A stretch of 63,794 nt of DNA from contig NW_015172595.1 in assembly GCF_001447785.1 (NCBI RefSeq), positions 251,036 through 314,829 on the forward strand, written 5' to 3'. Source of the stretch: Gekko japonicus. Taxonomy: Eukaryota. Position 1 is the first letter of the stretch, and each line of letters opens with the position of its first letter. Under the pieces are notes generated by a model. That model had not been told where the DNA came from and did not search any database. It was given only the letters and a program-made list of their open reading frames with translations. The position numbers and the translations under genes are program-made. Of the stretch, positions 50,019 to 63,073 are shown in pieces.

Positions 50019-50135
50019 CTGAAGAAGTGTGCTTGCACATGAATGCTTATACCTTGAATAAAACTGTGTTGGTCTTAAAGGTGCCACTGGACTCTGTTCT
50101 TCTATCTCAGACTAACACAGCTACCCACCTGAATC
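50019..50135 (+). mobile_element. Penelope-derived short element with a degenerate hammerhead ribozyme motif
   Basis: 13-bp TSD AACCCTTAGTAAT. Begins CTGAAGA-AGTGTGC-TT-GCACAT-GAAT-GCTTA. Confidence 0.75.
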
Positions 50136-50757
50136 AACCCTTAGTAATGTTACCCTTGGGGCTGTGGTTCAAGAAATCTTCTCGGCATCTTCTAGAGATT
50201 AATTACTACTTCATGTGCCTTAAATCAAATCAGGGTCATGTGGGGAGGGAAGAGGCAGGTTAAAATAGCCACCCTATCCATGGTTTTAATAGTCAAAACT
50301 GACCTCCCTGCTCCCGCCCCACAATGCTGTTACAGGGTCTGATCTGTTTGTTTTTCTTTAAAGAGCTAACACCAATGTGGTAGAGCCAGTTTGGATTAGC
50401 AAAACCATGTGGGGTGAAAGGTTTGTGGGTTTTGTTTACTTTTAACTGAAAGAGTACCACTGAGACTAGATATTGGATGTCCAATGGACCAAGCAGATAC
50501 AGATGCTATAATTTTGTTTTAATGAATATGTTACTGAAAGAGGTCTTTTGATGGTATTTTAAAGTGGTATTTAATGAGAGGGTTAAAATACTTCTCCTCT
50601 GTCTCCAGGTATCCCTCATGGTGCAAGATTCATGATTTTCACCATGTGAACAACAGAGTGTGTTGCTTTTTAAAGAACCTGCACAGAAATTTCTCAATAC
50701 CACCCTTACTTTAAGTACAGCTCTCATGAATTGCTGTGAATTAGGGCACCCAACTAA

Positions 50758-51110
50758 GGCCCCGGCCAGACGTGCCGGAAAACGCGGGGGGGGGGGGAAG
50801 CACGGCTATTTGCACCGTCACATTCTGATGCACTATTATGCAATCAGACCTGATGGCGGCTTCCCCGCAGCAAAGAGGATGACGGGGGAGGAAGCCGCGC
50901 GCCGGCACGATCACACCGGGAGGCTTCCATAGGCGGCCCGTGGCAAAGCAATTGCTAGTACATGCGGTGTACTAGTTTTTTACTGTGCGGCTTTGGCGGC
51001 TTGCCATGGGGTCGCCACGGGAGTGCTATGCCTCCCAGATGTTCCCGTGTGATCGCGCCCGTGGGACTTCCGTGCCTTCAGCGGGGCAAATGCTCCGTGT
51101 GACCGGTGCC
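50758..51110. mobile_element. Harbinger-type MITE, CpG-rich
   Basis: TIRs GGCCCCGGCCAGACG / CGTGTGACCGGTGCC and TAA TSD. Confidence 0.82.
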
Positions 51111-51839
51111 TAAGTGAACTTTTGTTGGGTGAGTCTCTTCTCTGTTTTGGTGATTTTTCCCATTTTTGCTTTAAAATATTTTAATATTTTTGCTGTACCT
51201 TATCCAGCTCTAAAATCTTTTTTCCCCAGGTGTGTTTGCTATGGGATGGGATTGAATTTCCAAGGTGCTGTCAATACATGACTACAATTCCTAGGGGAAA
51301 ATACAGTAAGCCACCATACCTGCAGCACCACATGGGCCAGCAGTACAATCAGCAATGAATTTTCGTAAAGCAGTAGTTTTTTTTCTGAATGGTTGCTAAG
51401 AACATTTGTAATTACAAATACTAAAATGGAGTCAAGGGGACTACTCCCATCACTAATTCCCTTGCAGATCATCACACACATAAACCAATCCAAATTCTCT
51501 ATTTTTATATGTGTTCCCCTCATGCTCTTATTTACAGTCTCACAAATATTATTCCCACAGCAATAGCACTTTCAAGGTTGCCACGTTATCTGAATCAGTC
51601 CCTGTGTCAGGCCTGTCATACAGAAAGTGTCCTTTACATATAAAAACCTTAAAAACATGGATCACTGGGTAAAAAAACGGATTAAGTGTGTGGTATACAA
51701 GGGTCCAAGTTTAGTACAATAAACTCTTGGGAAGAAAAGATGGGAGGGAGACAAGAACTTAAGTAACTTTATTACTCTGTACAAGATATGGAAGAGAGAG
51801 GGTTAAAATCAAAGCATGTGTAGCAGTTATAATAATACT

Positions 51840-52201
51840 TAGGGTTGCCAAGTTGTACCTTAAGCTGCAGCGGGGGAGTCCCGGTTCGCTCTGGGATAGT
51901 GTGTGCACGCAGCGCATGCGCACCGCAAGCACATCACCCGGAAGTGACGCAGCCACGTCAGGCGCACTAGGGGCAGAGCTGCGGTCATCCAAGGGGAAAA
52001 CATAGAGTTTTCCCTCGGATGACTGTGGCCCCGCCCCCGGTGCGCCCGCCGTGGCTGCGTCACTTCCGGGTGACGTGCTGATGCCAGGCACGTCCCGTGA
52101 TTTGGAAGTGGGGTTTCCCCCGGGGCCCAATCCGCCGGCGGCAGGGAAGGGGCCTCTGGGGTGGGGTTTTCCCCGCCCCCCGGGGGGACTTGGCAAGCCT
52201 A
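51840..52201. mobile_element. hAT MITE, CpG-rich
   Basis: TIRs TAGGGTTGCCAAG / CTTGGCAAGCCTA and perfect 8-bp TSD ATAATACT. Confidence 0.93.
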
Positions 52202-52239
52202 ATAATACTACAGAAATTTATATATGTAATCCAGTAAAA

Positions 52240-52430
52240 GCCCTGCCCTGGATGGCCCAGGCTAGCCCCATCTCATCAGATCTTGAAAGCTAAGCAGGGT
52301 TGGCTCTAGTTAATATTTGGATGGGAGACCACCAAGGAAGTCCAGGGTCACTACACAGAGGCAGGCCTCTGAAGGTGTCTTGCCTTGAAGACCCTATGGG
52401 GTCTCTGTAAGTCAGCTGCAACTTGACACA
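52240..52430 (+). mobile_element. 5S rRNA-derived SINE
   Basis: ATCTCATCAGATCTTGAAAGCTAAGCAGGGTTGG...TGGATGGGAGACC is a decayed 5S internal promoter region. It is followed by an RTE-like tail. Confidence 0.8.
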
Positions 52431-52810
52431 CACAGACACAAAATCCAATAAAACAATGCAGATTTGCATAATCCTGGTGTGTTATTGTGTTGACTTTAAG
52501 CTAGATGCCAAAGGAAAGATTTTGTTACCCAAACTGTATTTCTCCTACATGACTAGTCCAGAGCAAACCAACCCAGAGACAGGAGACAAGTGAGGAGTTT
52601 CCCCCAAGACCCAAAAGGTATAAATGGGGAAGGATATTTAGATAGGAGGGGAAAGGAATCTCTAACCAGGTGAGAAGACTAAGGGGAAGGCTGGCTGGTA
52701 GTATGGCAGATCAGCCAAGAATAAGAGAGTTAAGGGATGGGAAATGGGTAGAAAGATATGGAGAGCTAGATCTGAGAAGGACAGTAGAATGGAAGAAAAT
52801 CTGCCTGGAT

Positions 52811-53094
52811 GGGAAGAGGAGGAGGAGATTGGATTTATACCCTGCCCTTCACTACCCAAGGGAGTCTCAGAGCAGTTTACAAAGTCCTTTCCCCTCCCCT
52901 CCCCACAACAGACACCCTGTGAAATAGGTGGGGCTGAGAGAGCTCTTGACAGAAACTGGTCTTTCTCAAGAACAGCTGTGCCAGAACTATGGCTTGCCCA
53001 AGGTCATCCAGCAGGTATAAGTGGAGGAGTGAGGAATCAAACCTGGTTCTCCCAGATTAGAGTCTGTGCACTTAACCATTACACCAAACTGGCT
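52811..53094 (-). mobile_element. Squam3-like SINE
   Basis: Matches the other copies. Confidence 0.9.
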
Positions 53095-53327
53095 CTCAAG
53101 AGGCACCATGCTTGTGGTGCTGGAATAAGATTCGGGGGGGGGGACTCATTATAAAGGTTGGGGGCTTGACCTTTTATGTGTTTAGAGTTGCTGGGGAATT
53201 TCTCTCATTGGCCAGATTCCATGCAGAATTTGAATCTGTAGCGGGATTGGGTTAAGAGTATGGGATCTTGTTTGAATTTCTGGGTGAATTTGTACCTTGG
53301 TACAGTCATCACAGGTGGGGTGATGGG

Positions 53328-53946
53328 ACAGATAAATATGATTACAAATCAAACAACACAATGCAGCCCGGAGGTGGCTTTGCTAAATTTATGGAATGAC
53401 AATATGACAGGGGACACCAAAGAACTCACCTCAATGATACTGGCCATGCCTTGACTGACAATAGCAGCAGCGTGGAAATCACCCTCACCGCCAACTATAT
53501 CAGCCTGGCAAGAAAAGATCTGGGATCAATACATAATGGCCAAAATCACAGATGCATTGAACAGAGCGAACAATAGTAATACACCAACCTACTCTAAATT
53601 TGTTTGAATATGGGCTCCAGTTCTTGAATATATGGTAACAAACGATATACTTTCAGCAAAACAAATATATCATAAATGGTTACACTCATAGGTCACTCTC
53701 ACTAAAGAAGATCTTAGAACAAATAAGATAACACATCATATAAACATCAACTTCAATTATTAGACAACTCACAGAAATATACCCTTTCTGTGTCCGAACA
53801 CGTGCTTTATATTATGTAATGCATATATATTAAGACTATGAATTATTATAAGTTATGACTGTATCACATGGAAATAACAGCTTGACATGTTTATTTGCAT
53901 TCTGTAAAGTCTTTAACAAAACCAATAAAAACAATTAAAACAAAAA
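53328..53946 (+). mobile_element. 5'-truncated L1 3' end
   Basis: PEVALLNLW...AWQEKIWDQYIMAKITD is homologous to 3255-3606. Ends with AATAAA and an A-rich tail. Confidence 0.85.
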
Positions 53947-54097
53947 GAATGACCTAGGTGGGATGAATTAGCTGAGTGGTGCACCAGTTCAGGGTGGTTT
54001 GACAAAGACTGAGCAGTGGTTTGCTGGCCAACCTTGAGATTGTGATTGAATTACCAGAGAAGGCTGTATTGTGAAGGAGCCTCTGGGATCTTAGACA

Positions 54098-54214
54098 GAT
54101 TCAGGTGGGTAGCTGTGTTGGTGAAGCAGCAGAACAAAGTTTGAGTCCTGTGGCGCCTTTAAAACCAACAAGGTTTTATTCACGGTATAAGCTTGCATGT
54201 GCAAGCACACTTCC
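54098..54214 (-). mobile_element. Second Penelope-derived short element
   Basis: The reverse complement matches 50019-50135. The hammerhead core is truncated or mutated. Confidence 0.75.
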
Positions 54215-54593
54215 TACAAACATGAGTTACTGCTTAAGGCACACGTATGAAGAAGCTCTGGAGGACTAAATAAAAGAGTCCCTAATGACTGTCCTCCTGG
54301 AACATTTAGGCAGCTAAGCTACTCCCTTTTGGGGATGCCTATGGGGAACTCCTACCTTTACTGAGAGACTCAGTCTGAATATCAAATTTCATTTCCTTAC
54401 CTCAGACATTTGGGGCCAAAGGATCTTGAGGTGTGAACTGACACAGGTCTCCGTGAGGAGAGCAAGAGGCCCCCATTGGTTAACACCTTAACTCATGGTT
54501 GGGCAGCATTAAAAACAATGAATATGCCAACCCATCTGTCCGTTGTTTGATACCATTCAACCAATACACCATATTTAGAATGCTGTCTTACGT

Positions 54594-54805
54594 AGGAGGT
54601 GCCATAGCTCAGTGGCAGAGCATCTGTTTTGTAAACAGAAGATTACGGGTTCAATACCTGATATCTCCAGTTAAAAGGATGCAGTAGTAGGTGATGTGAA
54701 AGACCTGTATTTGAAATCCTGGAGAGTTGATGCTAGTCAGAGTAGATAACACTCATCTTGAGAGGCTGAGTAGAATGATCTGACTGAGTAGAAGGCAGTG
54801 TGTAG
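54594..54805 (+). mobile_element. Squam2-like tRNA SINE
   Basis: TAGCTCAGTGG A box, GGTTCAATACC B box and the shared body. Confidence 0.8.
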
Positions 54806-56415
54806 TCACTGATATTTCTGAATGCTACAACATATAGGTTCAACAGCTAATGCATTTGACTGTCATTCCTGCAGGAGTCTCTGATGCCAGTGAAAGGTTT
54901 GAGAGGGCAAATGGCCTGTCCTCCCTACCGAAGCCATTTTATATTGTCACAGCAGACCATCGAGTGAGCTGTTTCTGTTCAAGTACATAAAATTAGAAAC
55001 ATTTTGCTCTGGGTAGGGAACCAAAAGATGCCCAGTAGGCTTCCCAGTTTGGCAGCAATTTGAAAAGAGTTCAAGACATACTGGAGCATTAGTCTCCCTA
55101 GCACTGGCTGCAGGAGAGCAAAGAGAAATGGTAGCCAAGGCAAACAGGAAAAGGTCTGAGAAGGCATCACTGTGCGCACCCCAGTCCTGCAGGGCTTATA
55201 AAGTGAAAATCACTTCTAGGAAAAAGAGCAGGGGAGGCTGGAAAGAGGCATTCGACAGGCTCTAATCTCATGCTACTAAGAACTAATTGAAAAAGGAGGT
55301 CCCCATCAAGCAGCAATAGGCACAAAACCACTTAAGCAATTGCACCCCCCCACCTACACACAAAGGATATTTGCTGTGATTTTTCACACATCATATATAT
55401 CAGAACTGTACAAAACCCAAAAAAGATGATGAGTTTAATTCCCCATTGCTTTTAATCATTCATACTTTTCAATAGGGCATGAAACTCCTACATTCTGAAC
55501 TGGTAATGTAGAAGGGTAACAAATGACATCTGCTTACACTTTCACTAGTGAATAGATATTGAAGCTGTAATTACATTGACAGTACCACCTGCTACCACTT
55601 GGGTTTAAACTCAGACTACCATTCAGCCAGCACTGTTGTGAGAGATCCCCTCACTGTTTGGGTCAACCACTAGAGGGAACCATGATTACAGGTACTATGT
55701 TGGTGCTTTTCACAACTGGCCCAAGAAGAATGGCGTCCTTGTTATTAGTTCATCTTTTTCTAGGAATGCAAAGATAAGAATGCTGGTTTTGAATCCAGGA
55801 ACACAGGCCAGAAGTTATTCCAGTGTGTCTGACTCTGCTATTCTTTTTGCTACATATATCCCCGAGATGAGTGTGTTATGATCTGCAATGTATTTAAGGT
55901 GGGGCTGTTCCTAGAAAATTCTAACTTTACTAGCAGAGTTGTTTTTTACAAGCATGTAGGATCTGGTAGGGCATATACATTGCTAGTTACTGTACTATTG
56001 ATCAGACCTTGAGCAAAGCCCAGAAGTCATGTTATTATGCAAAAACAATATCCAGTGATGTGTAAGTTCAAAGAAATTGGGGGTGGGGAATCAGCAACAG
56101 AGGTTCAGATCACAGACATTCAGGCCTCAGCTGTGATCCAAGAATCACCCTTGCATTTCCAGCTTTGTCCCTATGAATTCTCATTTGAAATCAATGGTTA
56201 CAAGGGCAGTCAGTTCATTAAAAATAACTAGTGATGTTTCTGTCAATTGCATCTGTTTAGCTAGGTGAATATTCTGTTGGTTGCAGAGACATGTAGAAGG
56301 ATGATAATCCATCAGGAAATTATCAACCCTGCCCCAGTTGTCTAAGCACCACCAGTTGCAGGTTGTCTGTTTTCCCTGCCTTTCCAGGAACCACCCTGCA
56401 CACCTACAACACTCC

Positions 56416-56771
56416 CAGAGGTCATTTCGGGGGGGGGATCGCAGGGGATTGCAGTTCCCCTGGGTGAGGTACGGGGGTGGGACACATGACGAAGCCCCGC
56501 CCCGCTTCCGGCCCTCATTCAGCCAGGAGGAGGCAGGAGAAGAGGGAGGGTAAGTTGCTTCCTCCCTGCCTCTCCCCACCCCTGCCTGCCTGCCTGGGGC
56601 CAGGGAGGGCCTTCACGGGGCTTCCTTGCACTCCCGCCGGCCTTGCTGCAACCGTTGGGGGCGGGATGTGTGGCCTTATGACACACTTCCGGTGATGTCA
56701 GGGGGTGTGGCATATGCTAATGAGTTATGCTAATGAGTTCCCCTAGCTCTTTTTCTATGAAACGACCCCTG
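56416..56771. mobile_element. hAT MITE
   Basis: TIRs CAGAGGTCATTTC / GAAACGACCCCTG and perfect 8-bp TSD AACACTCC. Confidence 0.92.
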
Positions 56772-57509
56772 AACACTCCAGAGCTTTGGGGGATAGACAG
56801 CCATACAGTCCCTGAACGCATCTGGCCAGGTTTTGGGAACCATCTCAGCCTAGCCACTAATGTTTTGCACAAAGCCTTTATTACTTTCTAGATTGCCCCT
56901 TTAGTTCCTTCACCTTTTTTGGCTTATAATGAGGCAACACATACGATGCTTCCCCCAAGACTCACTGTGAAATATGTTTGCACTGTGCATACAGGCAAAC
57001 AAGGGGCACATAGTAGCAAGCCAATTATGATTCAAGGTACATCACTTGGCTAAACATATGAAGCCGTCAGTCTAATCCTTCCTGACCCACTCTCTGGGAC
57101 AAATACAGCCCTTCTAGCTCTGCCTTTTTGACGGTCTGGCTGTGGAAGCAAAGTGCTGTGATGCCTGAAAGGAGACGCTCAGGCAGGCTTTCTAATTGTC
57201 TCCAACAGGACAAAAAGGATAAGGCAAAGTGGGGAAAGGAGGGAGGGGAAGAATGTGGGGGACAGACTGACAGTTTGAACCATCCTTTGATTTGCTGGAA
57301 AACATGTCTGTCGCTTCCATTGTAACAGGAGGCTGGAAGCATGACACCCTTTGAATCTTCTTGTTCTATTATTCCTGACTTCTTCCTGCCTCCTTGGCAA
57401 GCAGACCTCCCTCGCATGATATTCATCCATTTACACATTCACGAAGAACTATTAACCCCCCCCCCTCAAAGGCTGAATAAAAACCATGCCTTCCTGGTTT
57501 TATTAAAAG

Positions 57510-58085
57510 TAAAAGATTGAAAACAAAAATTGCCAGCCACATAATGCCTTTATATCGAGCTACACTGTGCCCTCATTTGGAATACTGTGTATAGTGCTGC
57601 TCACCTCATCTCAAAATAACATTGTAATTCTGGGAAAGGTGTAGAAAAGGGCAACCAAAATAATTACGAAGAGGTGGTGGTGTGGGGCACCTTCCCTAAG
57701 AAAAAGAGTTTTTTTTTTTGGGGGGGGTCAAAGATGACCTAGAGGCATATGAAAGAGATTTATAAAATTACACATGGTGTGGAGAAAGTGAATAGAAGGA
57801 ACTTTTCTGTCATGGCATTAGAGTTCAGGATCACTCTTTGGAAAGTGAATTCTGGACAGTCCCCTAAAATATAGTTGTGCCCAATGCAAAGTTAATGTCT
57901 AGAGTTCAAAACGAAATGTGATGATGGCCACTAGTTTAAATGTCTTTTAAGGGGACACAGTTGTGGAGGTTAGGTCAGTCATGAAACTTCCATGATCAGA
58001 GGTTAACCACTAATACCAATTGTAGGTGAGTGGAGCAACAGCAGAGGGAGACATTGGCTTCCATGCCTTACTTAAAGACTTTCCA
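57510..58085 (+). mobile_element. Old CR1 3' fragment
   Basis: CCTCATTTGGAATACTGTGT (PHLEYC) and downstream similarity to the younger CR1 copies. Confidence 0.7.
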
Positions 58086-59083
58086 TCCAAAGGAACATGA
58101 TTAAACATACTACTCCACTGTCCAGGTTGTTTTCACACGAATAGACTATATCTTAGTCTCAAAAAACCTACTGGACTGTATTCTTCAGTCCATCACTGGA
58201 CAGAGAATCTGTTCTGACCAGGCATGGTTAGAATGTAAGTTGCAATACTCAGACGCAAGGGTCTGCAGGCTGCACTAGTGCCTTGACAAATCACTTCTAA
58301 TTGACCAAAAGGCTTTTGATGAAATTGAATCTGAAATTCGGCATTTTTAAAAAAAAATCAAAATTGTGGGTAGGTATTGATGTCATCTGGGACGCAATGA
58401 AGGCTGTGGTTCAAGGAAAAGACATCTGCCTCACATCCTTCATTAAAACATCTAAAGAGCATCTCAGGAATGAGCTGCTACAGAAGTTATCTTTGTTAGA
58501 AAGAAAGCACAAAAGATATGGCAGTAAAAAATTTATAGGAAGCAATTGATAGAAAGAAACTGGAAACTCTTGAAACTTCCAAAATACAGAAGAACATCCT
58601 CTTTCTAAGGCAAAAATATTAGTACAAAAGCCCACGCACTTTGAGGATTTTATCCTGGAAAGTGAGACAGGTAAGCTGCAACCAGATTCATACAATTTCT
58701 CAAGAGAACACAAGGTCAGGTCCTTACTAGCTCAGAAAGCACTGTGGATTCATTTGTACATTTTTACATTATAGACATGAAAGAACCCCCCCCCCCACCA
58801 CCAGATCCTACAATTGAATTTCTTAGGTCTGAAAACTTAATAAAAAGGATACCCATAGAGCACAAAAATTTCATGGAGCAGCCAATAACTACACAGGAGA
58901 TCATTGCAGTCATTAAGTCTTTAAAAAAATAACAAAAAATCTGGTAGAGACGGGTTCCTTGCAGAGGTCTACAAAAAATATCTGCACCTACTAGAGGGAC
59001 CACTTGCAGACATATGTAACTCTATACTGCAGGAAGAGAAAATGCCCAAAACCTGGTTGGAGTCTAACATTGTAGTTATTCCC
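58085..59083 (+). mobile_element. Decayed L1 ORF2 fragment (end of endonuclease to start of RT)
   Basis: FTRIDYILVS...SDQ, WDAMKAVVQG, EQPITTQEIIAVIKSLKK and MPKTWLESNIVVIP. Confidence 0.85.
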
Positions 59084-59266
59084 AGGGGTCATTTGGACCC
59101 GGAATGATCTGGAACGAGTTGGAACAGTGTTCTGGCAGCCCAGGAGTGGACACATATGGTGGCGGCAGCAAGCCCCGCCCCCAGCTCCTAGTGGGCTGGT
59201 GGGGGAAGTGAAGAGAGAAGGGTTTTAAAGTTTAAAACCCTTCTCTCTAGAGTTGTGCTGCTACAG

Positions 59267-62048
59267 TTGGAGGTGGGGTAGCTCTGTATGTCAGAGAGGG
59301 TATAAAGTCCAGAAAGATTGAGAGGCTAAGATAATTGGATTTGCTTCTGGAAATTCTATGGGTTGAAATAGGGGGGCCAAAAGGAAACTTAACACTGGGA
59401 GTTTGTTATTGGCCACCAGATCAAAAGATAGAGGAAGATTATAAAATGATGAATGAATTAAAGATAGCAGCTAGACAAAAAACCTGTGTTGTAATAGGTG
59501 ATTTTAACTACCCACACATTGATTGGGTCAATATGTGTTCTAGTCGAGAAAAAGAGATTGAGTTTCTAGACTCTAAATGACTGTACTATGGAGCAGATGG
59601 TCACGAAACCTACCAGGGGTGAGACGATCCTTGATTTGGTCCTATGTAACACTCAAGACCTGGTGAGAGATGTAAAAGTGATTGTACCACTTGGGAACAG
59701 TGAGCATAATGTTGTATAAATAGGAAATAGGAAAGACTGACATAACCACTTTTAACTTTAAAATGGGTAACTTCTCTGATATGAGGGGTCATGTGGGGAG
59801 GAAACTGTAAGGAAAAGTAGAAAGGGTCAAAACCATTGGGGAAGCTTGGAGACTATTTAAAACTACAATCCTAGAAGCTCAAAAATATATATTCTGCAGA
59901 TTAGGAAAGGCACAAATAGGTATAGGAAAAAGCCTGCATGGTTAACAAACAAAGTAATGGAAGCTGTAAAAGGTAAAAAGGATTCCTTTAAGCAGTGGAA
60001 AGCTAGTCGCAGTGAGGCTGATAAAATGGAACACAGGCTATGGCAAATAAATGCAAGTCTGTGGTCAGGCAGGCAAAACGGGAATATGAGGAGCGTATAG
60101 CAAAAAATGTAAAGACCAACAATAAAACTTTCTTCAAATACATTGGAAGCATGAAACCAGCCAGGGAGGCAGTGGGGCCCTTGGATGACCAAGGGGTAAA
60201 AGGAGTACTGAAGGATGAAAGGGAAATGGCTGAGAAGCTAAATGCATTTTTTGCCTCTGTCTTCACTGTGGAAAATGAGAAGTGCTTGCCCACTCCAGAA
60301 CCGCTGAGTTCGGGATGGGTGTTGAAAGACCTGAGTCAGATTGAGGTGACGAGAGAGGAGGTCCTAAAACTGATAGACAACTTAAAAACTGGAAAATCAC
60401 CAGGCCCAGATGGCATACATCCGAGAGTTCTGAAAGAACTCAAATGTGAACTTGTGGATCTCCTTACAAAAATATGTAATCTTTCCTTAAAATCTGCCTC
60501 CATTCCTGAGGACTGGAATGTCACTCCCATCTTTAAAAAGGGTTCCAGAGGACAGCCGGGAAATTACAGGCCAGTCAGTCTGACATCGATACCGGGTAAA
60601 TTGGTGGAAACCATTATTAAGGAAAGAATTAGTAGGCACATAGATGAACAAAACCTATTGAGGCAGATTCAGCATGGGTTCTGTAAGGGAAGATCTTGTA
60701 TCACTAACCTGTTAGTGTTCTTTGAGGGGGTGAACACACATGTGGACAAGGGGGATCCAATAGATGTTGTTTACCTTGGTCTCCAGAAAGCTTTTGATAA
60801 AGTTCCTCATCAAAGGCTCCTAAGTAAGTTTAAAAATTATGGGATAAAAGGACAAGTCCTTTTANNNNNNNNNNNNNGGGTGTGCACCCCCCCCCCCCCC
60901 CCCGTCTTTTTTCAGGTTCAGTCGGTTCAGTCAGATCTAGCTACAGTAATCCAGGCTATAGTTACATCTAGACTAGGGGTGTGCATCCTCCCCAGCTTTT
61001 TTCAGATTCAGCATTTAAAAATGTCTTCTCCCTTCACTCATGGAGACCTACTGCTGCCACGGCACAACTCAAGGAGTGAAGGGAAGTCATTGTGAGGCAT
61101 TTCAAAGGGATCTGTTGAGGATGGGCGAGTGGGCATCAACACAGCAAATGGGGTTCAATGTGACCAAGTGCAAGGTGATGCACATTGGGGGGGAAATCCG
61201 AACTATAGGGTCCGAACTGACCAAGAGACTGACCAAGAGAGAGATTTTGGAGTCGTAGTGGATAACTCATTGAAATTGTTGAAACAGTGTATGACTTTAA
61301 TAAAAAAGGCCAATGCTATGCTGGGGATTATTAGGAATGGAATTGAAAACAGATCAGCCATTATCATAATGCCACTATAATAAATCAATGGGGCAACCTC
61401 ATTTGGAATACTGTGTGCAGTTCTGGTCACCACACCTTAAAAAGGATATTATAGCTTTGGAAAAAGTACAGAAAAGGGCCACTAGAATGATAAAAGGGTT
61501 GGAACACTTTCCCTATGAGGAAAGGTTAAAGCGCTTAGGGCTCTTTAGTTTGGAGAAACGATGACTGAGGGGTGACATGATTGAGGTTTATAAGATTATG
61601 CATGGGATAGAGCAGGTAGAGAAAGAGGTACTTTTCTTCCTTTCTCACAATACAAGAACTCATGGGCATTCAATGAAATTGCTGAGCGGTGGGGTTAGAA
61701 TGGATAAAAGGAAGTGCTTCTTCACCCAAAGAGTGATTAACACATGGAATTCACTGCCACAGGAGGTGGTGATGGCGACAAGCATGGATGGCTTCAAAAG
61801 GGAATATGGAGCAGAGGTCCATCAGTAGCTATTAGCCAGAAGTTATAGATAGGGACTCTGGGGCGAGTGATGCTCTGTCATCTTGGTGCTTGGGGGGGGT
61901 CAACAGTGGGAGGTCTTCTAATGTCCTGGCCCCACTGGTGGACCTCCTGATGGCACCTGGTATTTTTGGCCACTGTGTGACAGAGTGTTGGACTGGATCC
62001 AACATTGGCCTGATCCAACATTGGTGTTTCTTATGTTCTTATGTTCTT
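59267..62048 (+). mobile_element. CR1 LINE, most of ORF2 (endonuclease + RT), decayed, with a gap and a foreign patch
   Basis: GGGVALYVREG, IGDFNYPHIDW, KSPGPDGIHPRVLKEL, NYRPVSLTS and KAFDKVPHQRLL motifs, an (TTCTTATG)n tail and a short TSD TACAG. Confidence 0.95.
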
Positions 62049-63073
62049 ACAGCGGCAAGATCTCTTATTGTATCCTATAGCCCCATAGAATACAATGGAA
62101 AAATTGTACTGCTGCTGCGGCATGACTCCAGAGAGTAGAGTTTAAATGCAGCGGTGGCACAATCTTTCCATTGTATTCTATGAGGCCATAGGATACAATA
62201 GGAGATTGTGCTGCTGCTGTGGTGTGACTCCAGAGAGAAGGGGTTTAAACTTTAAAACCCTTCTCGCTTTGCTTCCCCTGCCAGCCCGTCTTGGCAGGCC
62301 GCTTGGAGAAGGGAAAGGGAGGCTGTTAAAGATGCATCCCCAACCTTTCTTTGCTTCTCCAGCCACCCTTCCAAGGCGGGCTGGCTGGGGAAACTAAGGA
62401 AGGTTGGGGAGGCATCTTTAAGAGACTCCCCTTTGCTTCCCCAACCAGTGCGTCTTGTCAGGCTGGCTGGGGAAGAGAAGGTGTTGTACAGATTAGATTC
62501 CATGTCAAAAATGAAGTCAAATGAGGAGGAACATCTATGTTTTATTTCAATTAACAAGGAAACTGACCAAATAGTCCATCCAAAATTGACTACTTTCTTC
62601 TCAGCATATTCAGGGAATATGCTTCAATTAACAGGCAAAGCAATTGGACCAAATAACTCATCAAAAGTTGACAACTTTCTTTTTCTTCTTCTTTTTCTTC
62701 ATCTTCTTCTTCTTGAACATATTCAGGAAATACATGATTTTTTATACATGGAATAACATCATCAAGAAAACAATATTCAAAAAGCATAATTGGTTACAAA
62801 AGACAGTGATAATTTGAGTAATAATCCTCTGATTGGCCAGATGTAAAGAAACATATATCTACGTCAATCTAAGTAAAACCTAGGTGTTTACTTAACCTAA
62901 CCTAAATGATAATGGGCAAGGATTCTTCATACCCTAAACAAAAGTATTCATTACTGATATGAGACTAAAATCGTCTCTGACCCAGACATTGCAAGGTTTT
63001 GCCCTTAAGAACTACAGAATCATGAACTTTGTACCTATTATATTGTCTGCTAACAATATCAGACCTACAAGAG

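Noticed and set aside
54594-54670. tRNA-like and 5S-like segments as functional RNA genes (also at 52240)
   Set aside because: They are degenerate heads of multi-copy SINEs.
60040-61095. 351-aa ORF as an intact RT gene
   Set aside because: It crosses an N-gap into unrelated sequence, and the flanking CR1 has stops and frameshifts.
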